Positions 48,792-59,455 of a stretch of DNA of 64,000 bases are shown here, one piece after another (within the stretch, counting starts at the first letter, position 1; each line of letters begins with the position of its first letter). The DNA is from Pirellula sp. GTDB taxonomy: Bacteria; Planctomycetota; Planctomycetia; Pirellulales; Pirellulaceae. The notes beneath the pieces were generated by a model, which was not told where the DNA came from, ran no database searches, and saw only the letters and a program-made list of their open reading frames with translations. The position numbers were made by a program, and so were the translations under genes. The DNA lies in contig JBEIGI010000008.1 of assembly GCA_040381975.1 (NCBI GenBank), positions 33,679 to 97,678 of the forward strand. The letters are read 5' to 3'.

Positions 48792-50270
48792 ATGGACGAA
48801 AAGATCGCCTGTGAGGGGATCACGTTTGATGACGTGCTAATCGAACCCCGTTACAGTGATATCCTCCCGTCGCAAGTCGACGTCTCGACACAACTTACGG
48901 CAAAAATCAAGCTCGGGATCCCCCTGCTTTCCTCTCCGATGGATACCGTCACCGAGAGCGAAATGGCGATCGCTTTGGCTAAAGTAGGGGGATTGGGGAT
49001 TATCCACAAGAACATGGATATCGCCTCGCAAGCTGCCGAGGTGACCAAAGTCAAACGTTCGGCCAATGGCATCATCCCAGACCCGGTGACCTTGAGGCCC
49101 AGCGATAGCGTTTCGACGGCTCAAGATGTCATGCGCAAGCAAAACGTATCGGGGATCCCGATCGTCGAGGCCAGCGGAAAACTCGTTGGAATCCTCACCC
49201 GACGGGACATGCGTTTCCTCGAATCGAGCGACACCCCCATCTCCTCGGTCATGACCCGCGAAAACCTTGTTACCGCACAAGGAAATGTAACGCTTAGCGA
49301 AGCTGAGCGGATTTTGACGGATAAAAAGGTGGAGAAACTTTTACTGGTTGACGATCAATACCAACTGACTGGACTAATCACGATCAAAGACATCGATCAG
49401 ATGAAAAGCTACCCATCGGCCTGCAAGGACGAACTGGGTCGCTTAAGGGTCGGTGCGGCGATCGGCGTTCACGATTACGATCGAGCCTCGGAGCTCATCC
49501 GACGCGGGGTGGATATCCTCGTGGTCGACAGCGCTCACGGCCACTCGTCAAACGTGATCGCAACGGTTCGGGAATTGAAACGCCAGTTTAGCATCGACGT
49601 GATCGCCGGAAACGTTGCGACGTTTGAAGGCGGAAAAGCGTTGGTCGAAGCTGGTGCAGATGCGGTGAAGGTAGGGATCGGCCCAGGCTCGATCTGCACC
49701 ACTCGCGTGATCTCCGGCGTAGGAGTTCCGCAAATCACTGCCATCTATGAAACTACCAAGGCTTGCAAACAAGCCAACATTCCAACCATCGCCGACGGTG
49801 GCATCCGGTACTCGGGTGATATCGTCAAAGCCCTGGTCGCTGGGGCCCAAACCGTGATGATTGGAAGCTTGTTCGCAGGGCTTGCCGAAAGCCCAGGCAG
49901 AACCATCCTCTATCAAGGCCGCACGTTTAAGGCCTATCGGGGAATGGGGTCGCTCGGGGCAATGGTCAAAGGATCGAGCGAAAGGTATCGCCAAAGCGGC
50001 CAGGATCAACTCTCGAAGTTGGTTCCCGAAGGGGTCGAAGGGCGAGTGCCGTTCAAAGGTCCATTGGCCGATTATGCCTACCAGTTGGTAGGCGGACTGC
50101 GAGCGGGTATGGGGTACTGCGGTACCAAATCCATCTCGGAATTGCGGTCAAAAGCTCGATTCATCAAGGTATCGGCGGCGACGGTTAGGGAGAACCATCC
50201 ACATGACATTGCCATCACGCAAGAAGCACCCAACTACAGCCCGGAGGTCCATCAAGCAAGCGATAGCTGA
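48792..50270 (+). CDS. guaB: IMP dehydrogenase
   Basis: '[13 protein letters not shown]', a CBS pair, '[11 protein letters not shown]' and '[16 protein letters not shown]'. Confidence 0.95.
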   Translation: MDEKIACEGITFDDVLIEPRYSDILPSQVDVSTQLTAKIKLGIPLLSSPMDTVTESEMAIALAKVGGLGIIHKNMDIASQAAEVTKVKRSANGIIPDPVTLRPSDSVSTAQDVMRKQNVSGIPIVEASGKLVGILTRRDMRFLESSDTPISSVMTRENLVTAQGNVTLSEAERILTDKKVEKLLLVDDQYQLTGLITIKDIDQMKSYPSACKDELGRLRVGAAIGVHDYDRASELIRRGVDILVVDSAHGHSSNVIATVRELKRQFSIDVIAGNVATFEGGKALVEAGADAVKVGIGPGSICTTRVISGVGVPQITAIYETTKACKQANIPTIADGGIRYSGDIVKALVAGAQTVMIGSLFAGLAESPGRTILYQGRTFKAYRGMGSLGAMVKGSSERYRQSGQDQLSKLVPEGVEGRVPFKGPLADYAYQLVGGLRAGMGYCGTKSISELRSKARFIKVSAATVRENHPHDIAITQEAPNYSPEVHQASDS

Positions 50271-51897
50271 TCGCTCGCAGCGTGCAAGACAAACTCTTGC
50301 ACGCCTCTTGCGCTGGAGCCTGTGTATCCCTGTAGGTAGCCTTTGCCTGACTGCTGGCTGGCCAGATCTAAACCCAGCCTCCGCGCAGAATCCTTTGCGA
50401 TCTAGCCCGGAAATAAAATCCAATGAGTTGATCAAGCAGCCTGCTTGGTCGCCCTCTCCATTCCAAGCCAACCCGCTGCGAGAGGACGTCTCGGCATCCC
50501 GTGCTTTTGAAACAATTCGCGAAGCTAGCGCATCTCAAAACGCATCGAGCCGAACTCCATCGACAATCGCCAAGAACGCTATTCGCTCCACAGGAACTGT
50601 CGCTGAATCGAGCAACCAATCTCAGACGCTTCGATGGCGCAAAGTCGAAGTTCCTGCCGCGATGCCAAGACAACCTATCGCGTCGAAACAAGCCTCACAA
50701 GCCGCAGTTCCAGAGGTCGTCACGGCTGCCTTTGAAGATCAAGCGACCAAGCAACCGCCTCGATCGAGTCTGCTTGTGCAGCAACCCAGTGAGCCGACCC
50801 CGACCCTCACTTTACCACCGGCTACCCAGCCACCAGCACTAACACTACCACCTGCTGCTCAACCACCTGCGGTGAATCTTCCACCGGCATCCGCTCAGCC
50901 TCAGGCATTGAATCTGCCGCCGGCTGCCCAACTACCCATCACTCCACCATCCGTCGCCAAACCACCGATCACTCAGCCACCAGCCACTGAGTCACTAGGC
51001 ACTAAACCGCTAGCTACCGAGCCGCTCGAGCCGAAGCCCGAGAGCGTGCTTCCAAACCCGTTCCCTAAGCCAACGTCACCTTCGGATCGCAAACTTCGCG
51101 AGCCGGCCAATCTCGGTGAGCAAGATGATTTAAAGGAGCCATCGAAATTGCTTGAGCCATCGAAACTCGACGATGACTTGCCACCTGCACCGCCGAAAAG
51201 GGCCGATCAATCGGTAGCCAATTGCGATCTTGTTCGAGATTTCGCAGCCGGAGCAGATATACGCAACTTCCAATTGGACTCATCCCCGGATTTCGTCCAA
51301 GGTTACCAGTCGGGCAATCGACCTGGTTCGTTGACTCAAGAAACCTTTGTCAAGAAGTCACCGATCAGGACTTGGCGCGGTTCGCAAGGCGAGTTTATTG
51401 CCGAGGGAAAATTGGTTGATCTGGTATACGGCACTGTGGTCATCGAGCAAGCTGATGGTAAGCGGGTTTCGTATTTGCAGCGCAAGCTCAGTGACGGCGA
51501 TCAGGTCTTTGTTTCTGAGGCTTGGGGCATACCGGTGACTTGTCCGTTGGGGGATCAAGGTTTCGCGCCGCGTCTATTTGTCGATTCGACATTGACCTGG
51601 AAGGCTTCAGGGGCGTGCAACAAACCGCTTTACTTCGAAGACGTATCGCTGGAGCGATACGGTCATGAGTGGGGACCTGTGGTCCAACCGGTTGTCTCGA
51701 CAGTCCGATTCTTTGGGGACTTGGCGGTATTGCCTTACAAGATGGGGATCCATCCGCCCAACGAGTGCCAACATCCTTTGGGTTATCATCGACCTGGCTC
51801 TTGTGCGCCTTGGACCATTAGGCCAGTGCCACTTAGTATGCGAGGAGCCTTGACCCAAGCCGCCTTTGTGACCGGAACCGTATTCACGTTGCCGTAA
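50203..51897 (+). CDS. Hypothetical protein with a Pro-rich tandem repeat and an SHD1-like motif
   Basis: '[44 protein letters not shown]'. '[48 protein letters not shown]' resembles an SHD1 domain. The ATG start overlaps guaB by 68 nt; an in-frame TTG at 50308 is an alternative. Confidence 0.6.
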   Translation: MTLPSRKKHPTTARRSIKQAIADRSQRARQTLARLLRWSLCIPVGSLCLTAGWPDLNPASAQNPLRSSPEIKSNELIKQPAWSPSPFQANPLREDVSASRAFETIREASASQNASSRTPSTIAKNAIRSTGTVAESSNQSQTLRWRKVEVPAAMPRQPIASKQASQAAVPEVVTAAFEDQATKQPPRSSLLVQQPSEPTPTLTLPPATQPPALTLPPAAQPPAVNLPPASAQPQALNLPPAAQLPITPPSVAKPPITQPPATESLGTKPLATEPLEPKPESVLPNPFPKPTSPSDRKLREPANLGEQDDLKEPSKLLEPSKLDDDLPPAPPKRADQSVANCDLVRDFAAGADIRNFQLDSSPDFVQGYQSGNRPGSLTQETFVKKSPIRTWRGSQGEFIAEGKLVDLVYGTVVIEQADGKRVSYLQRKLSDGDQVFVSEAWGIPVTCPLGDQGFAPRLFVDSTLTWKASGACNKPLYFEDVSLERYGHEWGPVVQPVVSTVRFFGDLAVLPYKMGIHPPNECQHPLGYHRPGSCAPWTIRPVPLSMRGALTQAAFVTGTVFTLP

Positions 51898-51918
51898 CCC
51901 TCGCCGCCAGGCGTCTTC

Positions 51919-52000
51919 GTTTAACCCGCAGCCAACGGCGAGGAATTTGACCCAGCCCGCCAGCGTTCATTGTCTGGGGCCCGAGCGGAGGACTTTGCGC
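51919..52000. repeat. REP-like 82-nt unit, copy 1 (direct tandem)
   Basis: GTTTAACCCGCAGCCAACGGCGAGGAATTTGACC(C)AGCCCGCCAG(C)GTTCATTGTCTGGGGCCCGAGCGGAGGACTTTGCGC. It repeats 89 nt later with 2 mismatches. Confidence 0.9.
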
Positions 52001-52007
52001 CTATCTT

Positions 52008-52089
52008 GTTTAACCCGCAGCCAACGGCGAGGAATTTGACCAAGCCCGCCAGGGTTCATTGTCTGGGGCCCGAGCGGAGGACTTTGCGC
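52008..52089. repeat. REP-like 82-nt unit, copy 2 (direct tandem)
   Basis: 80 of 82 positions are identical to 51919-52000 (differences C>A and C>G). Confidence 0.9.
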
Positions 52090-52165
52090 AAATGTTTATC
52101 TATACAGACCTGTTGCGTAGTATTCATCGTTCGAATGGAGTTACCCAATCCAGGGGATTACAACT

Positions 52166-52786
52166 TTGATTCATGGATATCACGTGATTTGGCCCGCTTA
52201 TGGATTCTGGCTACCTAACGACCCGCGAGGATCGTGGTCAGAAACCGTGTATGCATGGGAACTATTGCGATACGGAAAAGCCACCAAAAGGATCGAAAGA
52301 ATCGTTATAGATTCTGAGCGATACGCACGCTGGAGGTCAGAAGCACAGCGAGCCCTAAAGCATCCACCGGTATCTTTTTCCGATCAACAGATACTCCAAA
52401 TTGGCTTAGGTTTTCAATCCTACATTCAAAAAAGCGAGCTTACCGTATGGGCTTGCTCAATCCTGCGTGAGCATGTTCACCTAGTCTTGGGTAGACATAA
52501 ATACAAAGCTGAGATCGCAGCAAATCTACTAAAAGGGGCTGCGAGCAAGCAAATACTGTCTACTCAAAACCATCCCATGCAGTCATATTGCCGAGGGTTA
52601 AGCCGATTGCCATCGATGTGGGGAGAAGGTCAGTGGATCGTCTATCTAGACACCGAAGAAGCGATCGTAAACGCGATCCGATACGTCAATGAAAATCCGA
52701 TCCGCGAAGGACTTAGCCAACAGAATTGGGGCTTTGTCACGCGGTTCGAGGGGATTTCCAGCAGTGGTTGGATAACGTATTACTGA
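52166..52786 (+). CDS. REP-associated tyrosine transposase-like protein (HUH / IS200-IS605 Y1 superfamily)
   Basis: 'GYHVIWPAYGFWLPNDPRGSWSE', the HUH motif 'EHVHLVLG', and the C-terminal catalytic Tyr context 'AIRYVNENPIREGL'. TTG start per the ORF track. GC content is lower than in the neighbouring genes. Confidence 0.7.
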   Translation: MIHGYHVIWPAYGFWLPNDPRGSWSETVYAWELLRYGKATKRIERIVIDSERYARWRSEAQRALKHPPVSFSDQQILQIGLGFQSYIQKSELTVWACSILREHVHLVLGRHKYKAEIAANLLKGAASKQILSTQNHPMQSYCRGLSRLPSMWGEGQWIVYLDTEEAIVNAIRYVNENPIREGLSQQNWGFVTRFEGISSSGWITYY

Positions 52787-52852
52787 GACTGTTTGCTTCC
52801 TTTTTCTGATTTCGATTGGGCACCAGACAAGCATCCTAGGGGGGGGTTATTT

Positions 52853-52885
52853 AAATTCCTCGCCGTTGGCTGCGGGTTAAACGAA
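52853..52885. repeat. REP-like sequence, inverted copy
   Basis: Reverse complement of the first ~33 nt of the left repeats. Preceded by a G8 run at 52839-52846. Confidence 0.85.
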
Positions 52886-52924
52886 CGTAAAACAAAAGAA
52901 GCTCGGCATGTCTGCCGAGCTTCT
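52886..52924 (-). terminator. Rho-independent terminator of groEL
   Basis: The stem GAAGCTCGGCA / TGCCGAGCTTC (52898-52908 and 52913-52923) has a 4-nt loop. On the minus strand a TTTGTTTT tail follows. It lies about 50 nt downstream of the groEL stop. Confidence 0.8.
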
Positions 52925-52974
52925 TCGATGTTTGGATAAATTAACTATCGATGTAACGCTTGTTGCACGAAAGC

Positions 52975-54959
<1,985 letters not shown>

Positions 54960-55038
54960 CTACAAAAACTCCAAAGGCTAAACAAACGACGGTAGGAATA
55001 CGCCAAAAAGGCATACGGAAACGTTTCCTGTTTTGGCA

Positions 55039-55054
55039 AGCAACTTCCGTGCCA
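55039..55054 (-). promoter_or_regulatory. Candidate sigma-54 (RpoN) -24/-12 promoter upstream of groES
   Basis: The minus strand reads TGGCACGGAAGTTGCT, an exact match to TGGCACG-N4-TTGCW. It sits 80-95 nt upstream of the groES ATG in the correct orientation. Confidence 0.5.
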
Positions 55055-55182
55055 CGAAAAGCTCGACCTTTTTTTCCTGAAGGAAAATGCGCGTTATGTG
55101 GGGCTTTGCCCCTTTGTTTTGTATGGATTGTTAGCCAAAATGAAGGCCGATTTCTCAAATCTTTTCGTCAAAGGGCCAACCG

Positions 55183-56043
55183 ATGCCGTTGCGTGTGACT
55201 TGCCAGTGCGGGGTGGCTTTAAATGTCCCCGAAACGATGGCTGGTAAAGGGGTTAAGTGCCCCAAGTGCCAAAGCGTCATCGCCGTCGGAACCCAAGGAA
55301 AACCTGCCGCGATGCCTAAGCCCGCTGCGACCCAAGCGACCAAGCCGACTGCAGCCAAGCCTGCGGCGGTCCCAAATCCGGCAAGTTCTAGCAAAGCTCC
55401 TCAGGACGCTATGTCCAAACTCCTCGATTCGGCAGGACTTAAAAAACGCGAGGGCATTTTTTGCCCATCCTGCGATCGATCGCTCCCACCAGGAACTGCC
55501 ATCTGCGTCGGATGCGGATACAGCCTTCAAGCAGGCTCGAAAATCGAAGGCTTCGAGGTCGAAACCAAAGAGTTCGGGAACAAAAGACTCGTCGAAGCCG
55601 CCGAGATGATGGCCCGCGAAGCGGAAACAGAAAGCCGACTCCTCAAGGCCGGGATGCCTTGGTGGATGATGTCCGCTATCATCTTGGCTGTTTTGTTCAT
55701 GATGACGGCTATCCTCCTAAAAATGGACGCGAAAACCTCCGGCAACATCTCGAGCGTTCCGCTGATCGCCAAACTTCAGTCGGCCAACTATTTACCTGTG
55801 ATCGCCTTCTCGGCAGGCGGAGGAGCCTGCCTGATCGCCCTATTTGCCTTGTTGGCAATCATAGGCACGGCGTACAAAGAATCGATCAAAGAAGGCCTCC
55901 TTTGCTCGCTGACGATTCTCTATTCGTTCTACTACATGTTTTCAAGACTCAAAACGCGTAGGCTGGGCAACACGGTACTGATCTTTTGGATTTCGGCGAT
56001 CGTAGCAGGAATTTGCCTCGGTTACTCCCTGCCAAAAATCTAA
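55183..56043 (+). CDS. Membrane protein with two N-terminal zinc-ribbon motifs
   Basis: 'CQCGVALNVPETMAGKGVKCPKCQ' and 'CPSCDRSLPPGTAICVGCG', followed by about 4 TM segments. Confidence 0.6.
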   Translation: MPLRVTCQCGVALNVPETMAGKGVKCPKCQSVIAVGTQGKPAAMPKPAATQATKPTAAKPAAVPNPASSSKAPQDAMSKLLDSAGLKKREGIFCPSCDRSLPPGTAICVGCGYSLQAGSKIEGFEVETKEFGNKRLVEAAEMMAREAETESRLLKAGMPWWMMSAIILAVLFMMTAILLKMDAKTSGNISSVPLIAKLQSANYLPVIAFSAGGGACLIALFALLAIIGTAYKESIKEGLLCSLTILYSFYYMFSRLKTRRLGNTVLIFWISAIVAGICLGYSLPKI

Positions 56044-56174
56044 AAAAACCGACAAAAAACATTCTCCCTTACCCTGCAATAACAATTGCTTGGATCAGGG
56101 GCTTGGTTTACCCTTAGACGCTCTGCAAAGCGTTTTTTTGATCCGTTCCTTTTTTGTTCTAGTAAGGATGTTCG

Positions 56175-56534
56175 ATGGCCACCTATCGGCGTATCAATGT
56201 GATGGACAATGGCGGCGTCCACGTTGTCCATTTCGTAGATAAAAAAATTGTGGACTCGGCAACGATCGAGCAACTCGGTGATGAACTCACCGGATTGGTC
56301 ATCAACGAGAAAAAGAACATGCTCCTGCTGAATTTCGACTCGGTGGAGTTCATGTCCAGCGCGGCTCTAAACAAACTCATTTCGCTCAACAAGAAAGTCA
56401 AAGACGCAGCCGGTCAACTCAAACTGTGCTGCCTTCGGCCCGAAATCGGCGAAGTCTTTAAAATCACCCGCCTAGATCGCGTCTTCGATATCCGCAAAGA
56501 CGAAGCAAGCGGACTATCGGCTTTCAAGCTCTAG
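56175..56534 (+). CDS. STAS-domain anti-sigma-factor antagonist (SpoIIAA/RsbV-like)
   Basis: A 119-aa protein: 'VHVVHFVDKKIVDSATIEQLGDELTGLV...LLLNFDSVEFMSSAALNKLISL...LKLCCLRPEIGEVFKITRLDRVFDI'. Confidence 0.75.
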   Translation: MATYRRINVMDNGGVHVVHFVDKKIVDSATIEQLGDELTGLVINEKKNMLLLNFDSVEFMSSAALNKLISLNKKVKDAAGQLKLCCLRPEIGEVFKITRLDRVFDIRKDEASGLSAFKL

Positions 56535-56555
56535 CGTTCTCCTACCCTGGACAGG

Positions 56556-57002
56556 TTGCTGATGAACAGTCGACCACCGATGTGGAAATGCGATAAGACC
56601 ATTCCGAGCGACCTCGACGCAGGGCATGCATCGATCGATGAATTGATGAGTGCCCTCGAGGCGGCAGGCTGGGAAGGTCGTGATGTGTTCCACATTCAAA
56701 TGGCGATCGAGGAGGCCGTTGTCAATGCCATCGAACATGGCAACAAACGCGATGCCTCAAAGACCGTCCACGTAGTCTACATCGTCGATGCAGAAACCGC
56801 TGAAATGACCATCACCGATCAAGGTCAAGGATTTGATCACCATAACGTTGCCGACCCAACCGAAGAGGATCGCTTGGACCAGCCTCGCGGAAGAGGTGTA
56901 CTGCTGATCCGGGAACTTATGAGCGAATCTCGATACAACGAAAAAGGCAATAGCGTCTGGATGCGCAAGATCCGCTCGAAAGAAGAATCCGAAGCAAGCT
57001 AG
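56556..57002 (+). CDS. Anti-sigma regulatory factor / Ser-Thr kinase (HATPase_c, SpoIIAB/RsbW-like)
   Basis: 'IQMAIEEAVVNAIEHGN' (N-box), 'ITDQGQGFD' (G1) and 'GRGVLLIRELMSE' (G2). Located directly after the STAS gene. Confidence 0.75.
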   Translation: MLMNSRPPMWKCDKTIPSDLDAGHASIDELMSALEAAGWEGRDVFHIQMAIEEAVVNAIEHGNKRDASKTVHVVYIVDAETAEMTITDQGQGFDHHNVADPTEEDRLDQPRGRGVLLIRELMSESRYNEKGNSVWMRKIRSKEESEAS

Positions 57003-57016
57003 CTTCAGACGAACTC

Positions 57017-58045
57017 TTACTGATCCATCTCCGACCGATCCGCCTTGGCCCGCGTTCCTAATGCCTGCCAAACTTGCACGTCGATATTGTTGCTGATGCT
57101 CTGAACACTCCCGTCCATCAAACACGAGTTGACCAAGCCTCCATGGTGACTTCGCGATGTCAGCACCGCATAGGAAGGTCGAGTCGTGCTCTCCCCCTCA
57201 GCTTGCGAGTTGTAATCGATGTTGTATCGCACCCCATTAAAAACATATGGCACAACCGTATTTGGGGCCAAAGTCACCGTAAATCCACTGTGATGGGCAT
57301 GCCCACTGGTCCACTCACATCGACCAGTTCCTGTCCCGTCGGGGAAAATCCGATCCTTGCGTCCCGAATCGGCAATCGCCGCCACCTCAGCAACCGTCGT
57401 AGGCATCACTGTCGTAGGAGGACCCGCGTTGCGCGTGTAAGCCTGCCAAGCATGAACCTCGCTCGACCACAAAGTTCGACTCAGTCCGTCTGTGACCGAC
57501 GCTAGCTTGAGCGTTGAATTCGCATGCGTAACACCATCCCCTCCTGTGTTGCTGCTCGGGTCATAGACAAACCAAGTCCCTAGATTAAACCCATAAGTCG
57601 TCGGATAGAGAAACATCGCACTGGTGCTTCCAGTTGCCGCAGTGTCACGAGGGATATCACCGCGCGGATCCGAGGGACAGACATACGTCGGCACGCGATA
57701 ATAATTCAAAATCGGATAATTGCTCCAGTTGACGCTCAGGTTGACTTGGTTGGCCAGATTATTCTGCTCCAAGTACGGGAAAAGCCGTCCATGAATACTC
57801 CATGATGAATTGGTTGAGATCGAAGGGATAATGCATGCACTCGGAGGAATCCGCTTGGTCGCAGCCTCGTAGTTCATCATCGCCAAACCAATCTGCTTGA
57901 GATTATTCGAGCAAGACATCCGCCGCGCCGCCTCGCGTGCCGCTTGAACCGCCGGCAAAAGCAGTCCGACAAGCACACCGATGATCGCAATGACGACCAA
58001 CAACTCCACCAAGGTGAATCCCAAACGCCGATCTCGTTTCATCAT
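57017..58045 (-). CDS. DUF1559 protein with an N-terminal prepilin-type cleavage/methylation motif
   Basis: '[49 protein letters not shown]' is the stereotyped planctomycete DUF1559 N-terminus. C-terminal '[18 protein letters not shown]' fits the H-X9-DG-type end. The ATG at 58045 is chosen so that the short basic leader precedes G/FTLVE. Confidence 0.85.
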   Translation of the reverse strand: MMKRDRRLGFTLVELLVVIAIIGVLVGLLLPAVQAAREAARRMSCSNNLKQIGLAMMNYEAATKRIPPSACIIPSISTNSSWSIHGRLFPYLEQNNLANQVNLSVNWSNYPILNYYRVPTYVCPSDPRGDIPRDTAATGSTSAMFLYPTTYGFNLGTWFVYDPSSNTGGDGVTHANSTLKLASVTDGLSRTLWSSEVHAWQAYTRNAGPPTTVMPTTVAEVAAIADSGRKDRIFPDGTGTGRCEWTSGHAHHSGFTVTLAPNTVVPYVFNGVRYNIDYNSQAEGESTTRPSYAVLTSRSHHGGLVNSCLMDGSVQSISNNIDVQVWQALGTRAKADRSEMDQ

Positions 58046-58222
58046 TTTCAGTTGCCCCAACCCCCCAGATGAAGACAAATCCGTTGCTACAAATTGCATC
58101 ACGAATTCGCTCAAGCCATCCACCAAGTTTGATCGATGAAACGCTTGGAGCAACACTTCGGACAAAACTTGACAACCTGTACCATCAGAGGGCTAGTTTT
58201 TTGTCCATGGAGCCTCCGCCAG

Positions 58223-58720
58223 CTAGTCTTCGCCCGGATCGAGAAGATCCCCTTCGTGAAGCAGACGAAAGCCTCTCTGGGCCAGTGTATCCAAGGCAGC
58301 TTCGGGATTGTCTACCGAGATCGCAATCGCCGATCCTCCTGAACTGCGTCCCAGCAAAGGATAAGCTCGCACGATGTTGATCTCGGCTTGGAGAAGTGCA
58401 AGGCAAATCTCTTGAAACGGTTGGCCAGACTCGGGCAACTCCACTCCGATGCAATCGCTCTCAAAAACCGACAACCCGGCTCGTTCAAACGTCTCTCGAC
58501 CCGTCTCGGGGTTCCTCAGCAAAAATCGAACCAGCGCACAGTCGGATGAGTCATTGATGGAAAACCCCAAGATACGATTTCCCGATATCTCAAGTCGTCT
58601 TACCACATCGAGCAACTGTCCGACGCGATTCTCCAGAAAGACAGTAAACTGCCTAAGGGTCGGATAATCTCGCCCCCGCATCGTATGATAAGTCGGTCCC
58701 GAACCCTCTGAACTGCTCAT
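58223..58720 (-). CDS. ACT-domain-like small regulatory protein
   Basis: Two beta-alpha-beta-beta-alpha-beta-like halves: 'FTVFLENRVGQLLDVVRRLEISGNRILGFSI' and 'IGVELPESGQPFQEICLALLQAEINIVRAYPLL'. The call is weak. Confidence 0.4.
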   Translation of the reverse strand: MSSSEGSGPTYHTMRGRDYPTLRQFTVFLENRVGQLLDVVRRLEISGNRILGFSINDSSDCALVRFLLRNPETGRETFERAGLSVFESDCIGVELPESGQPFQEICLALLQAEINIVRAYPLLGRSSGGSAIAISVDNPEAALDTLAQRGFRLLHEGDLLDPGED

Positions 58721-58787
58721 TCAGATACCTTTCTTGGTGTGCTTGAATCCCTCTTCTGTCCAAAAAGCATATAACAACCATCGGCAA

Positions 58788-59441
58788 ATGTCACGAACTT
58801 CGTTGAGGATCCTGGTTTCCTCGATCCAAAAGCAACCCATTTGGGAGAATATAGCCTTGCCAAACGGAGATTGGATCAAGTTTATCAAGGGGTTTATCAA
58901 GCACCCTGGTGCCGTCGGGGCCATTGCACCGAGTTCGAGATATCTCGCCTCCGAGATGCTCCGTCAAATCGATTGGAAAACTTGCTCTGCAGTCGCCGAA
59001 ATCGGGCCTGGCACGGGCCCCTTTACCCAAGCCATCCTCGATCAATGCGGTAAGAGCACACGGTTTTTTGCCGTCGAGATTAACCCTCAATTTGTCAAAC
59101 ATTTAGAACAAAGATTCCCGCTAGCCGATATCGTTCAGGCCGACGCCTCGGATCTCAAGGCCTTGTGCATGGAACGACAAATTTCCCAACTCGATGCACT
59201 CGTCAGCGGCTTGCCATGGGCCGCATTTAGTGAGGATCTCCAAAGAAAAATCCTTACTGCGATTCTCGATTCTCTTGGGCCAAATGGCAGGTTCTCAACG
59301 TTCGCGTACCTGCACGGTTTGCCACTACCGGCAGGTCAAAGATTTCGCAGTTTGCTCAAAGAGAATTTTCGCTCAGTCGAAATAAGCCCGATTCTGTGGA
59401 GGAACTTGCCGCCTGCGATCGTCTACCACTGCCAAAAATAG
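58788..59441 (+). CDS. Class I SAM-dependent methyltransferase (COG3963 / phospholipid N-methyltransferase-like)
   Basis: 'FIKGFIKHPGAVGAIAPSSRYLASEML' and the SAM motif 'VAEIGPGTGPFTQAIL'. The start is uncertain (58734 or 58788). Confidence 0.65.
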   Translation: MSRTSLRILVSSIQKQPIWENIALPNGDWIKFIKGFIKHPGAVGAIAPSSRYLASEMLRQIDWKTCSAVAEIGPGTGPFTQAILDQCGKSTRFFAVEINPQFVKHLEQRFPLADIVQADASDLKALCMERQISQLDALVSGLPWAAFSEDLQRKILTAILDSLGPNGRFSTFAYLHGLPLPAGQRFRSLLKENFRSVEISPILWRNLPPAIVYHCQK

Positions 59442-59455
59442 TCAGCCTTGGCGAA

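Larger units (their letters stand above)
51916..52885 (+). mobile_element. RAYT unit: transposase-like gene bracketed by inverted REP-like sequences
   Basis: The left 33 nt (51916-51948, TTCGTTTAACCCGCAGCCAACGGCGAGGAATTT) is the reverse complement of the right 33 nt (52853-52885, AAATTCCTCGCCGTTGGCTGCGGGTTAAACGAA). Confidence 0.7.

Noticed and set aside
51919-52089. Possible CRISPR array (direct repeats with an 89-nt period)
   Set aside because: There are only two copies. The repeat (82 nt) is far longer than the 7-nt spacer between copies. An inverted partial copy flanks a HUH transposase-like gene, so a REP/RAYT reading fits better. No cas genes are present.
55100-55122. Hairpin GGGGC-TTT-GCCCC followed by TTTGTTTTGT (terminator-like on the + strand) and ORF 54950..55198
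   Set aside because: No + strand gene lies upstream to be terminated, the stem is only 5 bp, and the 82-aa ORF is Arg/Lys/Cys-rich junk that overlaps the groES leader. It may be part of the groES upstream regulatory region, but there is not enough evidence to call it.
54960-55182. CIRCE/HrcA operator or sigma-32 promoter upstream of groES
   Set aside because: No TTAGCACTC-N9-GAGTGCTAA-like inverted repeat was found by eye. The only palindromic element (TGGCA-N11-TGCCA) is explained by the sigma-54-like motif.
56118-56139. Weak terminator-like hairpin ACGCT-CTGCAA-AGCGT plus a T-run after the zinc-ribbon membrane protein gene
   Set aside because: The stem is only 5 bp and lies 75 nt past the stop codon. 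It may function, but it is too weak to list as a feature.
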